A stretch of DNA of 54,002 bases from Gemmatimonadota bacterium (GTDB taxonomy: Bacteria > Gemmatimonadota > Gemmatimonadetes > Gemmatimonadales > GWC2-71-9), in NCBI GenBank assembly GCA_029262155.1, contig JAJCZW010000103.1, positions 1 to 54,002 of the forward strand. The letters are read 5' to 3'. Numbering within the stretch: position 1 is the stretch's first letter; every line of letters begins with the position of its first letter. The position numbers and the translations under genes were made by a program. This document shows positions 7,918 to 17,885 of this stretch, piece by piece. A model generated the notes under the pieces. That model was not told the DNA's origin. It did no database searches and worked only from the letters and a program-made list of their open reading frames with translations.

Positions 7918-10073
7918 TCAGGATAGAAGCGCCGATTCCTTCGACCCATTTCCCGTAGGGCTTCGGCCGGTTGGAACCTCGCCCCGTGGGTCTGGGTGAG
8001 CCGATCGAGCACCTCCACGACCCGTGCCGCACCCAAGGCATCGATCACCCGAAGGGGGCCACCGCGGAACGGTGGGTACCCGATCCCGAAGATGGCTCCG
8101 ATGTCGCCATCGCGGGGTTGCCGAATGACTCCCTCGGCGCACGCCATCGCCGCCTCGTTCAACATTAAGTACATGAGACGTTCCCAAATACGATCTTCTG
8201 GCATTGCCGTGGTTGGCGCGACGCCCAGAACGCGATAGGCCGACGAGTCGACTCCCTGCTTCTTCCCCTTGGCATACCGGAAGAAGCCTCGTCCGTTCTT
8301 CCGCCCGAGCCGCCCACTCCCAACTAAGCGATCGAGTACTGGGGCCGGCGACAGCCGATCGCCCATGGCCTGGTGCATGACCCCCCCGGCCTTTTGGGCC
8401 ACATCGAACCCTACTTCATCGAGGAGCGTGACCGGCCCGACCGGAAAGCCATATCGTGTCATGGCCCGGTCGATCGCCTCGATCGACACTCCTTCGGACA
8501 GAAGAAACCCTGCTTCGTTCATGTAGGGTGAGAGAATACGATTCACCCAGAACCCCGGGCGATCGGCGACGACGATGACGGTCTTTTTCATCCGCCTACC
8601 AAAACGAACGGCCGTGGCGATCGTGTTCGGGTGTGTCCGTTCTCCGGGGATCACTTCTAGCAGCGGCATCCGATCCACCGGCGAGAAGAAGTGCATCCCA
8701 ACGATCCGTTCCGGGTTGCGTGCCCGGGCGGCGATATCGGTAATGGGAATCGTGGATGTATTGGTTGCCAGGATCGTCCCGGGTTGTACCACTGCCTCCA
8801 AGTCGCCCATGACCTGTCGCTTGACCTCAAGATCCTCGAACACCGCCTCGATAATCAGTTCGGCGTCGGCGAACCCCGAAAAATCGTTTGTCCCACTGAG
8901 AAGCGCCGCGAGTCGGACATGCTCCTGCCGGGTAAGGCGGTGTCTGGAGAGCCGTCGATCAACCTGACGGAGAGCGGCGTGGAGCCCCTTCCCGACCCGC
9001 GGCAGGTCGGCGTCTTTGAGTCGGACCTCGACGCCAGCGTTCACGACCGCGGTCCCCGCAATACCGGACCCCATGAATCCGGCACCGATGACACCGAGTC
9101 GGGTCACGGTTCGGGGATCAGTCACTTGATCGGCCGAAACTCCATCATCCTTCTTCAGTCCCGTGGTGGCAAAGAAGATCCGCACGAGTTCTCGGGACAC
9201 ATCCGAAACCGCGAGGCGACCAAACTCGCGTGCTTCCACCCGGAGGCCCTCCCGCATCCCCCGCTCGAGCCCGGCCCGAATCGACTCGATCGCCGCGAGG
9301 GGAGCTGGGTAATGGCCGCCGGTGCGTTTGAGGACTTGCGCTCGCGCCTGCCGATAGACGAGCCGGCGCCCCAGGGCCGACCGGTCGAGCACCAAGCCGA
9401 CTAGCCCCGTCGCCCGGCGCGGCCGCTTCGGCGGTCGGTTGCTCGACGCGAGACGCCGGGCGGCCGCCACTGCGGTCTGCCGCAGGATCGAAGGAGGGAC
9501 AATTTCATCCGCCAAACCCAAACGGTATGCCTTCATCGCTCGGGCACTCTTGCCGGCGAGGATCAGATCGAGTGCGGCCCGGAGACCAATCAAGCGAGGA
9601 AGCCGCTGACATCCACCGGCGCCTGGGAGAATACCGATCTGTACCTCGGGAAGGCCAAGTTCGGTCTTGGGATGATCGGTGATCACCCTCCACCGACACG
9701 CCAAGGAGAGTTCCAGGCCTGCGCCGAGGCAGGTGCCGTTGATGGCAACAACAATTGGCTTGGAGGCCTGGGCAACGCGATCAATCAGTTCCTGGCCTTC
9801 GCGACTCATTGCTTCGGCTTCGGCAGCGGTACGGAGTTTGGTGAACTCCTCAATGTCGGCACCGGCGATGAACGTATCCGGCTTCCCGCTGATCAGGACC
9901 ACACCAGTCACCGCCGTGTCGCTTTGCAAGCGATCCAGTTGGAGGGCAAACTCCTGGGCGACGCGGGGACCAAGGGTGTTAACCGGCGCGTCCGGCACGT
10001 CGAGGGTCAGGATCGCGATGCCGGACTCGACCACCGTCGTGAAGGCCGAAGGGGGAGTGGATCGGGCCATCAC
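7914..10073 (-). CDS. fadJ: fatty-acid oxidation complex alpha subunit (enoyl-CoA hydratase / 3-hydroxyacyl-CoA dehydrogenase)
   Basis: 719 aa. Crotonase-fold N-terminus (FIAGADIEEF), NAD-binding GVIGAGFMGSGIA and a C-terminal 3HCDH domain. A 4-nt overlap with the upstream thiolase gene gives the fadI-fadJ order. Confidence 0.9.
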   Translation of the reverse strand: MMARSTPPSAFTTVVESGIAILTLDVPDAPVNTLGPRVAQEFALQLDRLQSDTAVTGVVLISGKPDTFIAGADIEEFTKLRTAAEAEAMSREGQELIDRVAQASKPIVVAINGTCLGAGLELSLACRWRVITDHPKTELGLPEVQIGILPGAGGCQRLPRLIGLRAALDLILAGKSARAMKAYRLGLADEIVPPSILRQTAVAAARRLASSNRPPKRPRRATGLVGLVLDRSALGRRLVYRQARAQVLKRTGGHYPAPLAAIESIRAGLERGMREGLRVEAREFGRLAVSDVSRELVRIFFATTGLKKDDGVSADQVTDPRTVTRLGVIGAGFMGSGIAGTAVVNAGVEVRLKDADLPRVGKGLHAALRQVDRRLSRHRLTRQEHVRLAALLSGTNDFSGFADAELIIEAVFEDLEVKRQVMGDLEAVVQPGTILATNTSTIPITDIAARARNPERIVGMHFFSPVDRMPLLEVIPGERTHPNTIATAVRFGRRMKKTVIVVADRPGFWVNRILSPYMNEAGFLLSEGVSIEAIDRAMTRYGFPVGPVTLLDEVGFDVAQKAGGVMHQAMGDRLSPAPVLDRLVGSGRLGRKNGRGFFRYAKGKKQGVDSSAYRVLGVAPTTAMPEDRIWERLMYLMLNEAAMACAEGVIRQPRDGDIGAIFGIGYPPFRGGPLRVIDALGAARVVEVLDRLTQTHGARFQPAEALREMGRRNRRFYPD

Positions 10074-11371
10074 GACGGCACGAGCTCCAACACCATGGCG
10101 AATCCCATCCCACCTTGCGCGCAGATCGAGATCAATCCGAACTGCTCTCCCCGACGACGCATCTCGTTCGACAGCGTGGTCACGAGTCGGGCTCCTGTAG
10201 CCCCAAAAGGGTGTCCGATGGCAATCGACCCACCCAACACATTGGTCCTATTCCAGTCCACCATACCAACCGGTTCCGGTCGACCCAAACGCTGGGCCCA
10301 CGCTGGCGAAGCAAACGCCTCAGTATTCGACAGGACCTGGGCGGCGAACGCCTCGTGGATCTCCACCAAACCAAGTTCCTTCCAGTCAATCCCTGCCCGA
10401 TCAAGCGCCATTGGCACGGCGTAGACCGGCCCCATCAGGAGTTGCCACCCGGGATCAACCGCGGCGACGGCATAACTCCGAATAGCAGCAAGAGGCTGAT
10501 ATCCTAACGCTCGGGCTTTGCCCAATGACATCACCAGAACTACAGCTGCCCCATCGGTCAGCGGCGACGCATTCCCCGCCGTGACGGATCCATATTTCCG
10601 GTCGAACACAGGTCGGAGGGCGGCCAGTGCCTCGAGGGACGTGTCCGAACGGATCCCGTTGTCGGACACGATCACGTCATCCATCGCGGTTCGGTGAAAC
10701 CATGGAGCGATCTCCTGACCGAGCCGACCATCGGCCGTGGCCGCCGCGGCCCGATGGTGGCTCATCAGCGCCACTCGGTCCTGCGCTTCGCGAGTGATCT
10801 GGTTTTCTTTCGCCATCTTCTCGGCCGACTGCCCCATCGACTCACCGGTCGACGGTTCGGCAATCGCGGGGGCCACGGGAACGAGATCCCGAGGACGAAT
10901 GGAGGCGAGCAGACGAAGCCGTGCGCCAAGCGTTCGCGCCTTGGAGAGCGCCACGAGTGTTCGACTCATGCGGCGGGTATGCAGAATGGGGACGTTGGAC
11001 AACAACTCGACTCCACCCGCGAGGACGATGTCGGCGTGGCCAAAACGTATCTGGTCGGCAGCATTCGCAATCGCCTGGGCTCCGGAGGCACACGCACGAT
11101 TGAGCGAATAGGCCGGGACCGTGCGAGGAAGCTGTGGCAAGAGACTCACTTCCCGTGCCACGTTGGGGACCAAGGGAGATGGGACGACCTGACCAAAAAT
11201 CACCTCGTCCACCTCGTGCCCCGGCAGATCGGTCCGGTACAGCAGCTCGCGAGTGACCGCACGCGCCATGGCATCACTGGTCGAATCGCGAAAGATGGTC
11301 CCCGCCTTGGCAAACGGCGTGCGTAAGCCGGCGACTATGACGGGAGACCTATCGGTCAGTGGTGGGGTCAC
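10070..11371 (-). CDS. fadI: acetyl-CoA C-acyltransferase (thiolase, FadI-like)
   Basis: 433 aa. Active-site Cys context NRACASGAQAI, plus C-terminal motifs IAIGHPFGATGARL and CAQGGMGFAMVLE. Confidence 0.9.
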   Translation of the reverse strand: MTPPLTDRSPVIVAGLRTPFAKAGTIFRDSTSDAMARAVTRELLYRTDLPGHEVDEVIFGQVVPSPLVPNVAREVSLLPQLPRTVPAYSLNRACASGAQAIANAADQIRFGHADIVLAGGVELLSNVPILHTRRMSRTLVALSKARTLGARLRLLASIRPRDLVPVAPAIAEPSTGESMGQSAEKMAKENQITREAQDRVALMSHHRAAAATADGRLGQEIAPWFHRTAMDDVIVSDNGIRSDTSLEALAALRPVFDRKYGSVTAGNASPLTDGAAVVLVMSLGKARALGYQPLAAIRSYAVAAVDPGWQLLMGPVYAVPMALDRAGIDWKELGLVEIHEAFAAQVLSNTEAFASPAWAQRLGRPEPVGMVDWNRTNVLGGSIAIGHPFGATGARLVTTLSNEMRRRGEQFGLISICAQGGMGFAMVLELVPS

Positions 11372-11907
11372 GAGGGGGGCATCTGCAGGGGCTTTTGGGC
11401 AATGACACTACTCACGGCTTGCCACTGTTCCCCTGGGAGGGGTTCCAGCACCTCCCGGCCATGAATCACCGTAAGCGGTTCGACCAAACGACACAGCTCA
11501 CCTGGCTGCAGGAGATGCTCGGGCCGTTCAGGCCCCCAACCAAGACGCCGTTGGGCCTCCAGGAACGTCTCCATCATGAGGCGACCCCCTGGGACGAGCG
11601 GAGCAAGAAGAATCGGCATGCGCTCGCGATCGAGATAGTTGAAGCATAGAATCCAATCGAACGGACCATCAACCGGAAGTGGGTGTTCCAGATCGTGTTC
11701 AATCCATGTAATGTCGAGTTGCAGTCGATCCGCTTCACGTTGCCCGATCGCGAGACGGTCGGCGTCTTGATCGATGGCCGTCACCCTGGCACCGACCTGG
11801 GCGGAGGCGAGGGCGTGGCGACCCGCTCCACAGGCAAGATCCAGCACCCGGTCGCCCGACTGTACTGCGTCAGCATGCCAGACAAACCAGGTACTCGGGC
11901 GAACCAA
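11368..11907 (-). CDS. class I SAM-dependent methyltransferase
   Basis: Motif I VLDLACGAGRHAL. 179 aa. 4-nt overlap with fadI. Confidence 0.75.
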   Translation of the reverse strand: MVRPSTWFVWHADAVQSGDRVLDLACGAGRHALASAQVGARVTAIDQDADRLAIGQREADRLQLDITWIEHDLEHPLPVDGPFDWILCFNYLDRERMPILLAPLVPGGRLMMETFLEAQRRLGWGPERPEHLLQPGELCRLVEPLTVIHGREVLEPLPGEQWQAVSSVIAQKPLQMPPS

Positions 11908-11931
11908 CGACGCCCCGACGGAAGATGAATC

Positions 11932-13569
11932 GTGCGACAGAATCAGATCACCTCGCGTGTAGTTTCAGTAGATGAACTCGGCACCGACACCCTCGATCTT
12001 CTAATCGTCGGTGGCGGCATCACCGGTGTTGGCGTCGCCAGAGACGCGGCCATGCGCGGCCTCTCGGTCGGGCTGGTGGATCGCGGTGACCTGGGAGGTG
12101 GAACCAGTTCGCGCTCCAGTCGCCTCGTGCACGGTGGTCTTCGCTACCTCGAACAGTACCACTTTCATCTCGTCTTCGAAGCCCTGGCCGAGCGACGGAC
12201 CTTGTTACGCATCGCTCCCCATCTCGTCCGCCCCCTGGCCTTTGCATTCCCCAACCATACGACGGATCGGGTGCCGCGCTGGAAACTCGAGCTTGGGCTT
12301 CATTTATACGATCTCCTCGCCGTCGCTGGCAATGTGAACCGACACCGCGCGTTCGGCAAGCGTCGATTCTTGGAGCAGGAGCCGGGTATCCGAGCCACCG
12401 GACTCCGCGGGGGGGCCATCTATTGGGACGCCCAGTGTGACGATGCCAGGATGGTGATTGCCACACTACGATCAGCCGTCTCCCACGGAGCACAGGTTGC
12501 CTCCTACACCGCCGTCGAGTCCCTCCTTCGGGACGGAGCGGGACGCATCATTGGGGCCCAATGTGTCGACCAACTCACGGGCGCCTCCGCAGCGGTCCAT
12601 GCCCGCATGATGGTGAACGCCACCGGACCATGGACGGATCGGCTCAGACGGATGGAGGACCCAAAGGCCGAACCGATTCTCCGACCGACCAAAGGGGTAC
12701 ACCTGGTGATCCCCCGCCATCGCATTGGACACCGACATGCCATCACCTTTGTGAGTCCGGTTGATGGCCGGGTCATGTTCATCCTTCCCTCCAGGCGCTT
12801 CTCCTACATCGGCACCACCGATACGGACGTTCCCGATGTCGATGCGCCGGTCGAGGCAACCGAAGAGGACATCCTCTACTTGCTTCGCTCGGTCAACGCC
12901 ATGTTCCCATCAGCCCACCTGAGTACCGAAGATGTCCGGGCAACCTGGGCCGGTCTCCGGCCCTTGCTGGCCGGCCAGCCCGGGGCAACCACCTCCCAAG
13001 TATCGCGCGAACACAAGATTCTCATGGGGTCGGGGGGGATGGTCACTGTTGCCGGAGGAAAACTGACGACGTATCGGCGTATGGCGGCCGACGTAATGGA
13101 CCGCGTGACGGCCAAGTGGCCAGATCAGACCGCACGCAAGCGACCACCCACCGACCGGGAACCACTTCCCGGCGGCGAGAGCGAGGCGCTCAAACTCTTC
13201 CAACAAGAAGTCACGGCGCTGGGACTTTCGGCTGACACAGCGGCGTATCTCGTAGAGCTGTACGGCAGCGAAGCGGTCGCCATCGCCCGTCTAGCGTCGG
13301 AGGAACCTGCGTATGCAGCGCGGCTCCATCCCGATCACCCTAGCATCGCCGCCGAAACCATCTTCATCTGCCAACGGGAGATGGTGCGGCGCCTCGACGA
13401 TGTCCTCATCCGCCGGATGGATCTCTACTATGAGACGGATGACCGTGGCGTGCAGGCAGCGGACGCGGTCGCGACGCTGATGGCCACCGTACTCGGGTGG
13501 TCTCCCGAACACCGGGAGGCTGAAGTGAAGCGCTACCTCGAGATGACCCTAGGCGAAAAGCCCGCTTAG
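11932..13569 (+). CDS. glpD: FAD-dependent glycerol-3-phosphate dehydrogenase
   Basis: DLLIVGGGITGVGVARDAAMRGLSVGLVDRGDLGGGTSSRSSRLVHGGLRYLE. GTG start at 11932; the exact start is uncertain. Confidence 0.85.
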   Translation: MRQNQITSRVVSVDELGTDTLDLLIVGGGITGVGVARDAAMRGLSVGLVDRGDLGGGTSSRSSRLVHGGLRYLEQYHFHLVFEALAERRTLLRIAPHLVRPLAFAFPNHTTDRVPRWKLELGLHLYDLLAVAGNVNRHRAFGKRRFLEQEPGIRATGLRGGAIYWDAQCDDARMVIATLRSAVSHGAQVASYTAVESLLRDGAGRIIGAQCVDQLTGASAAVHARMMVNATGPWTDRLRRMEDPKAEPILRPTKGVHLVIPRHRIGHRHAITFVSPVDGRVMFILPSRRFSYIGTTDTDVPDVDAPVEATEEDILYLLRSVNAMFPSAHLSTEDVRATWAGLRPLLAGQPGATTSQVSREHKILMGSGGMVTVAGGKLTTYRRMAADVMDRVTAKWPDQTARKRPPTDREPLPGGESEALKLFQQEVTALGLSADTAAYLVELYGSEAVAIARLASEEPAYAARLHPDHPSIAAETIFICQREMVRRLDDVLIRRMDLYYETDDRGVQAADAVATLMATVLGWSPEHREAEVKRYLEMTLGEKPA

Positions 13570-13610
13570 AGGCCCCCACTCGAAGGCTTTCCTGGGTCCC
13601 GTTATCTTAG

Positions 13611-16600
13611 GTGCCTGCGTCGGACCTCAGATCCGGAATTCTCCCCGACGCGTTGGGCTTCGAGGAGCACGATGTGGATTCGAACGTCTTTCATACGGCC
13701 AACGCTGGCTTTGCCCAGGCACTCTATGAGGAGTACCTGCGTGATCCCTCCACTGTCGATCCGACGTGGCGACAACTCTTTGACTCAGGTGTCATAGGGG
13801 AACGACCGCCACCTCCCCCAATACCACCCACTCCCGCCATCGCCGATTCGACTGCCCTCCCCTCCGGGTACGAACAGATCAAGGGGCCCGCCGCGCGTCT
13901 CGTGGCCAATATGGAGCAGAGCCTGGGTGTCCCTACCGCCACGACATTTCGTACCCTGGCGGTCGCGCACCTCATCGAACGCCGTGTCGTCCTGAACCAA
14001 GCGCTTGCAGCTATCGGTCGATCCAAGCTCTCGTTCACCCATCTCATTGGGTGGGCCCTCGTTCGGGCGGCTCACCAGTTCCCGGCGATGGGGAAAGTGT
14101 TCCAACGGGAAGAGGGAACCCCATTCCAACGCCCGGCCGACGGCGTTCACCTGGGGCTGGCGGTCGACATCACCCGAAAGGATGGATCCCGTGGGTTAGT
14201 GGTGCCCGTCATTCGGTACGCCGACCAGATGGATTTCCCTACCTACCTCGCGACCTACGAATCGCTGGTTGACCGCGCCCGGCACCACCGTCTCATGCCG
14301 GACGACTTTGTCGGGGCGACCCTCACCCTCACCAACCCCGGAGGCCTCGGCACCGTCGCGTCCGTGCCCCGATTAATGGCGGGGCAGGCCTGCATCATCG
14401 CCGTCGGCGCGATCGCCTTTCCCCCGGAGTTCCGTGCGACCCACCCCGAGCGTTTGATGGAACTGGGTGTTTCGAAGGTGATGACGATCACCAGCACCTA
14501 CGACCACCGCGTCATTCAAGGAGCGGAGTCGGGAGAGTTCCTCCGCGCTATCGACGCCCTCCTCCAAGGTGAGAACGATTTCTACGCTGCGATTGAGCAA
14601 AGCCTCGACCTGGTAACGATTCCCCAGGTCACACCCGGCTCTGAGTTGCCCACCTCGGTGGACATCGCGAGCATGGAGCACATCGCGGCGGCAATGAGCC
14701 TGGTCAGCGCCTACCGGACCCACGGCCATCTGGCCGCACAGTTGGATCCGCTTGGGTCACCACCGATAGGTGATCCGGCTCTCGAGCCGGCCAGTGTCGG
14801 GCTCGACCAAGAAACGATGGCGAGCATTCCGTCTGCCATCCTCCACATTGCCGTTCCGGGCGCCACCTTTGCGGAATCGTTCCCCGAATTCCGCAGTCGC
14901 TACTGTGGTACCCTGGCATATGAGATTGAGCATGTCAGTAACCACGATGAGCGGGTGTGGCTGCGCCAGACCATTGAGTCCGACCAGCATCGCGTGCACC
15001 TCGACGCGGCCGAGCAACTCGTCCTGCTTGATCGACTCACGGCGGTCGAGGCGATGGAGCAGTTCCTCCACAAGGCCTACCTCGGACAGAAGCGATTCTC
15101 CATCGAAGGCGTCGATCTCCTCGTCCCCATGCTCGACCGAACGGTTCAAACGGCGGGGCATCTCGGAACCCAGAATGTGGTCATCGGCATGGCACACCGC
15201 GGTCGACTGAATGTGTTAGCCCATATCATCGGCCGACCGTACGTTGCCATTTTCAAGGAATTCGAGGGAACCCCTGATACGCGCTCCGACCCCGATCACG
15301 AGGTCGGCACGGGCGATGTGAAGTACCACCATGGCGCCGAAGGGGCCTACCCGATCGACGGCGGACGCGCAATCACCGTTACGTTAGCCCACAACCCGAG
15401 CCACCTGGAGTTTGTGGGACCGGTGGTCGATGGACGCGCTCGCGCCGAACAGACGCAACGACGCAGCAAAGAGCTCTACCACGACCCCCATATCGCCCTT
15501 CCCGTCATTATCCACGGCGACGCGGCGTTCGCGGCCCAAGGGGTCGTAGCGGAAACCCTGAACCTTGGAGCGCTCGCTGGCTATGGGACTGGCGGAACGC
15601 TGCACATCATCACCAACAATCAGGTCGGCTTCACCACCGACACCCGAGATGCCCGCTCCACCATGCATGCGAGCGACTTGGCCAAGGGATTCGACATCCC
15701 CATCATCCACGTCAACGCGGATGACCCCGAGGCATGTCTCTCGGCCATCAACCTCGCCTTGATGTATAGCGAACGGTTCCAGCAGGATGTCCTGATCGAT
15801 CTCGTCGGCTATCGTCGTCATGGACATAACGAGGGCGACGAACCGGCCTACACCCAACCGATCATGGTGGATCAGATTCGGCAACATCCCACGGTCCGCA
15901 CGCTGTACGCCAGCACCTTGATCGAGCGAGGGGTTCTCACCAAACACGACGTCGAGACCCGGTATCAAACTGCCTATGACCACCTGGTGGCGGAACAACA
16001 GGGTGCCCGAGCCACAACCGCCAAGGCCACAACATCCACGCCGCGGTCCTCTGCGATCACGACAAAAGAGGTCAAGACCGCCGTCTCCGCTGGTGCTCTC
16101 CAACTGCTGAATGATCAGTTGCTCCAGCACCCCGAAGGTTTTTCGGTACACCCCAAGCTGCAACGACAGCTTGAACGCCGTCGGATCGCGCTTCAACCCG
16201 AAGGCCGAATCGACTGGGCCCAAGCCGAGGCCCTCGCCTTTGCCACGTTGTTGGCCGAAGGAGTCCCGCTACGCATTACCGGCCAGGATATCGAGCGCGG
16301 AACCTTCAGCCAACGGCACCTCGTGGTCCATGACGTGAAGACCGGTGAACGGTACACGCCCCTCCAGCATCTCCCCGGAGCGTTGGCCCCGCTGGAACTC
16401 CACAACAGTCCGCTATCAGAGTTGGCAACGCTCGGCTTTGAATACGGGTACAGCGCAGCGGCTCCCGAGGCACTCGTGGTCTGGGAAGCCCAGTTCGGCG
16501 ACTTCATCAACAGCGCCCAGGTGATCGTCGATCAGTTCATCGCTTCTGGCCTCTCCAAGTGGGGAATGACCACCCGGCTGACGCTCCTGTTGCCGCATGG

Positions 16601-17249
16601 GTATGAGGGCCAGGGGCCAGAGCATTCGAGTGCCCGACTCGAGCGATTTCTTCAACTCGCGGCCGAACAGAATATGCGGATCGCGAACTGCACCACGCCG
16701 GCACAGTATTTTCACCTCCTCCGCCGACAGGCACTGTCCCATCGCCAACGACCCCTGGTCGTCTTTACACCCAAGAGCCTGCTTCGTCACCCCCAAGCGG
16801 TGTCGCCGCTGGAGGACTTGGTTGCCGATGCATTCCACACCGTCTTGGACGATCCGTGGGCCGTACCTAGATCGGAAAGTATTACACGGCTTGTGCTGTG
16901 TTCCGGGAAGATTTACTACGAGGTCGCGGCCCAGGCGGAAGCACTTCAGGTTGGTCGACCCGCCGTCGCCCGGATCGAAAAGCTTTACTCCTTCCCCGCC
17001 GCGGAGATGCATACCATGCTCCGGCAGTACCCGCATCTGGATGAGGTTGCGTGGGTGCAGGAGGAACCGCAAAACATGGGTGCTTGGGTTTACGTCCGTG
17101 AACGCCTCGTGCCGCTTCTCCCATCCGGCGTCCGCCTCCGATACGCCGGACGACCCGATCGAGCAAGCCCCGCCGAGGGATACCCCAAGGCCCATCAGAG
17201 TGAACAGGCCCGACTCATCGCCGATGCCCTCACCCCGATTGCGAGTTAA
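13611..17249 (+). CDS. odhA: multifunctional 2-oxoglutarate dehydrogenase E1 with N-terminal E2-type acyltransferase domain (Kgd/OdhA type)
   Basis: 1212 aa. E1o N-terminal motif NAGFAQALYEEYLRDPSTVDPTWRQLF, then a Pro-rich linker PPPPPIPPTP. Next comes the 2-oxoacid acyltransferase catalytic domain (TLTNPGGLGTVASVPRL ... TSTYDHRVIQGAESGEFL). A full TPP-dependent E1o follows (GMAHRGRLNVL, IHGDAAFAAQGVV, GYRRHGHNEGDEP). Confidence 0.9.
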   Translation: MPASDLRSGILPDALGFEEHDVDSNVFHTANAGFAQALYEEYLRDPSTVDPTWRQLFDSGVIGERPPPPPIPPTPAIADSTALPSGYEQIKGPAARLVANMEQSLGVPTATTFRTLAVAHLIERRVVLNQALAAIGRSKLSFTHLIGWALVRAAHQFPAMGKVFQREEGTPFQRPADGVHLGLAVDITRKDGSRGLVVPVIRYADQMDFPTYLATYESLVDRARHHRLMPDDFVGATLTLTNPGGLGTVASVPRLMAGQACIIAVGAIAFPPEFRATHPERLMELGVSKVMTITSTYDHRVIQGAESGEFLRAIDALLQGENDFYAAIEQSLDLVTIPQVTPGSELPTSVDIASMEHIAAAMSLVSAYRTHGHLAAQLDPLGSPPIGDPALEPASVGLDQETMASIPSAILHIAVPGATFAESFPEFRSRYCGTLAYEIEHVSNHDERVWLRQTIESDQHRVHLDAAEQLVLLDRLTAVEAMEQFLHKAYLGQKRFSIEGVDLLVPMLDRTVQTAGHLGTQNVVIGMAHRGRLNVLAHIIGRPYVAIFKEFEGTPDTRSDPDHEVGTGDVKYHHGAEGAYPIDGGRAITVTLAHNPSHLEFVGPVVDGRARAEQTQRRSKELYHDPHIALPVIIHGDAAFAAQGVVAETLNLGALAGYGTGGTLHIITNNQVGFTTDTRDARSTMHASDLAKGFDIPIIHVNADDPEACLSAINLALMYSERFQQDVLIDLVGYRRHGHNEGDEPAYTQPIMVDQIRQHPTVRTLYASTLIERGVLTKHDVETRYQTAYDHLVAEQQGARATTAKATTSTPRSSAITTKEVKTAVSAGALQLLNDQLLQHPEGFSVHPKLQRQLERRRIALQPEGRIDWAQAEALAFATLLAEGVPLRITGQDIERGTFSQRHLVVHDVKTGERYTPLQHLPGALAPLELHNSPLSELATLGFEYGYSAAAPEALVVWEAQFGDFINSAQVIVDQFIASGLSKWGMTTRLTLLLPHGYEGQGPEHSSARLERFLQLAAEQNMRIANCTTPAQYFHLLRRQALSHRQRPLVVFTPKSLLRHPQAVSPLEDLVADAFHTVLDDPWAVPRSESITRLVLCSGKIYYEVAAQAEALQVGRPAVARIEKLYSFPAAEMHTMLRQYPHLDEVAWVQEEPQNMGAWVYVRERLVPLLPSGVRLRYAGRPDRASPAEGYPKAHQSEQARLIADALTPIAS

Positions 17250-17265
17250 CGACGGGTCGGTCGAA

Positions 17266-17658
17266 TCAGTCGGAGTCCTGGATGGGTCGTTCTGAGGCCT
17301 GTCGGGCTAACGCTCTGAGCGGCTCGGACAGGTGGTCCCCATAGTGCAGCAGAAAGACTCCGCGGGCTCGACGAGCGAGCAGAAAGGCCAGCAAAGGCAT
17401 ATCGGCCTTCGCCGCGTTGCACTCCGAACAGGCCAGCACCAAATTGTCCGGTCGGTCGTACGCCGACTGTCCCCGGCGAGGTCGAACATGATCGAGAGTG
17501 ATAAGGTCGGGTGGAGTGGATTCCCCACAATAGGCACACACCGATCCGTGTAGTTCTAACAGCCACTCTCGATGCGCGTGATACGATCGCCCCGGAGATC
17601 GTCGCAGTGAATTGGTGCGACGTGGAGCGGATGATTGATGATTGGTACGACGAGCCAC
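17266..17658 (-). CDS. small HNH endonuclease
   Basis: CAYCGESTPPDLITLDHVRPRRGQSAYDRPDNLVLACSECNAAK (Cys pairs plus the H-N-N core). 130 aa. Confidence 0.8.
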   Translation of the reverse strand: MARRTNHQSSAPRRTNSLRRSPGRSYHAHREWLLELHGSVCAYCGESTPPDLITLDHVRPRRGQSAYDRPDNLVLACSECNAAKADMPLLAFLLARRARGVFLLHYGDHLSEPLRALARQASERPIQDSD

Positions 17659-17885
17659 AGGTCCTCGCGCAGAAGGTGATAGACCGCTCGATCCTCCGTT
17701 GGAATCGACCGCGGTGCAGGGAAACTAGTGCCCATTGCCTGGTTGGGGCAGTGAGCGCAACAGAATCGTTCCCGGTGAATTACCTTTCGCCTCACACCGG
17801 GGCCATTCCTGGTCAATGCAAATCATGCGCCATGGAGCGAAGGAGTTGACCTCTGAGTCCGACGACGCCAGCCGCGATTGACGCC

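Noticed and set aside
15384-17195. Minus-strand ORFs 15384..16223 (279 aa) and 16416..17195 (259 aa)
   Set aside because: Both lie entirely inside the strongly supported odhA/kgd reading frame on the opposite strand and are shadow ORFs.
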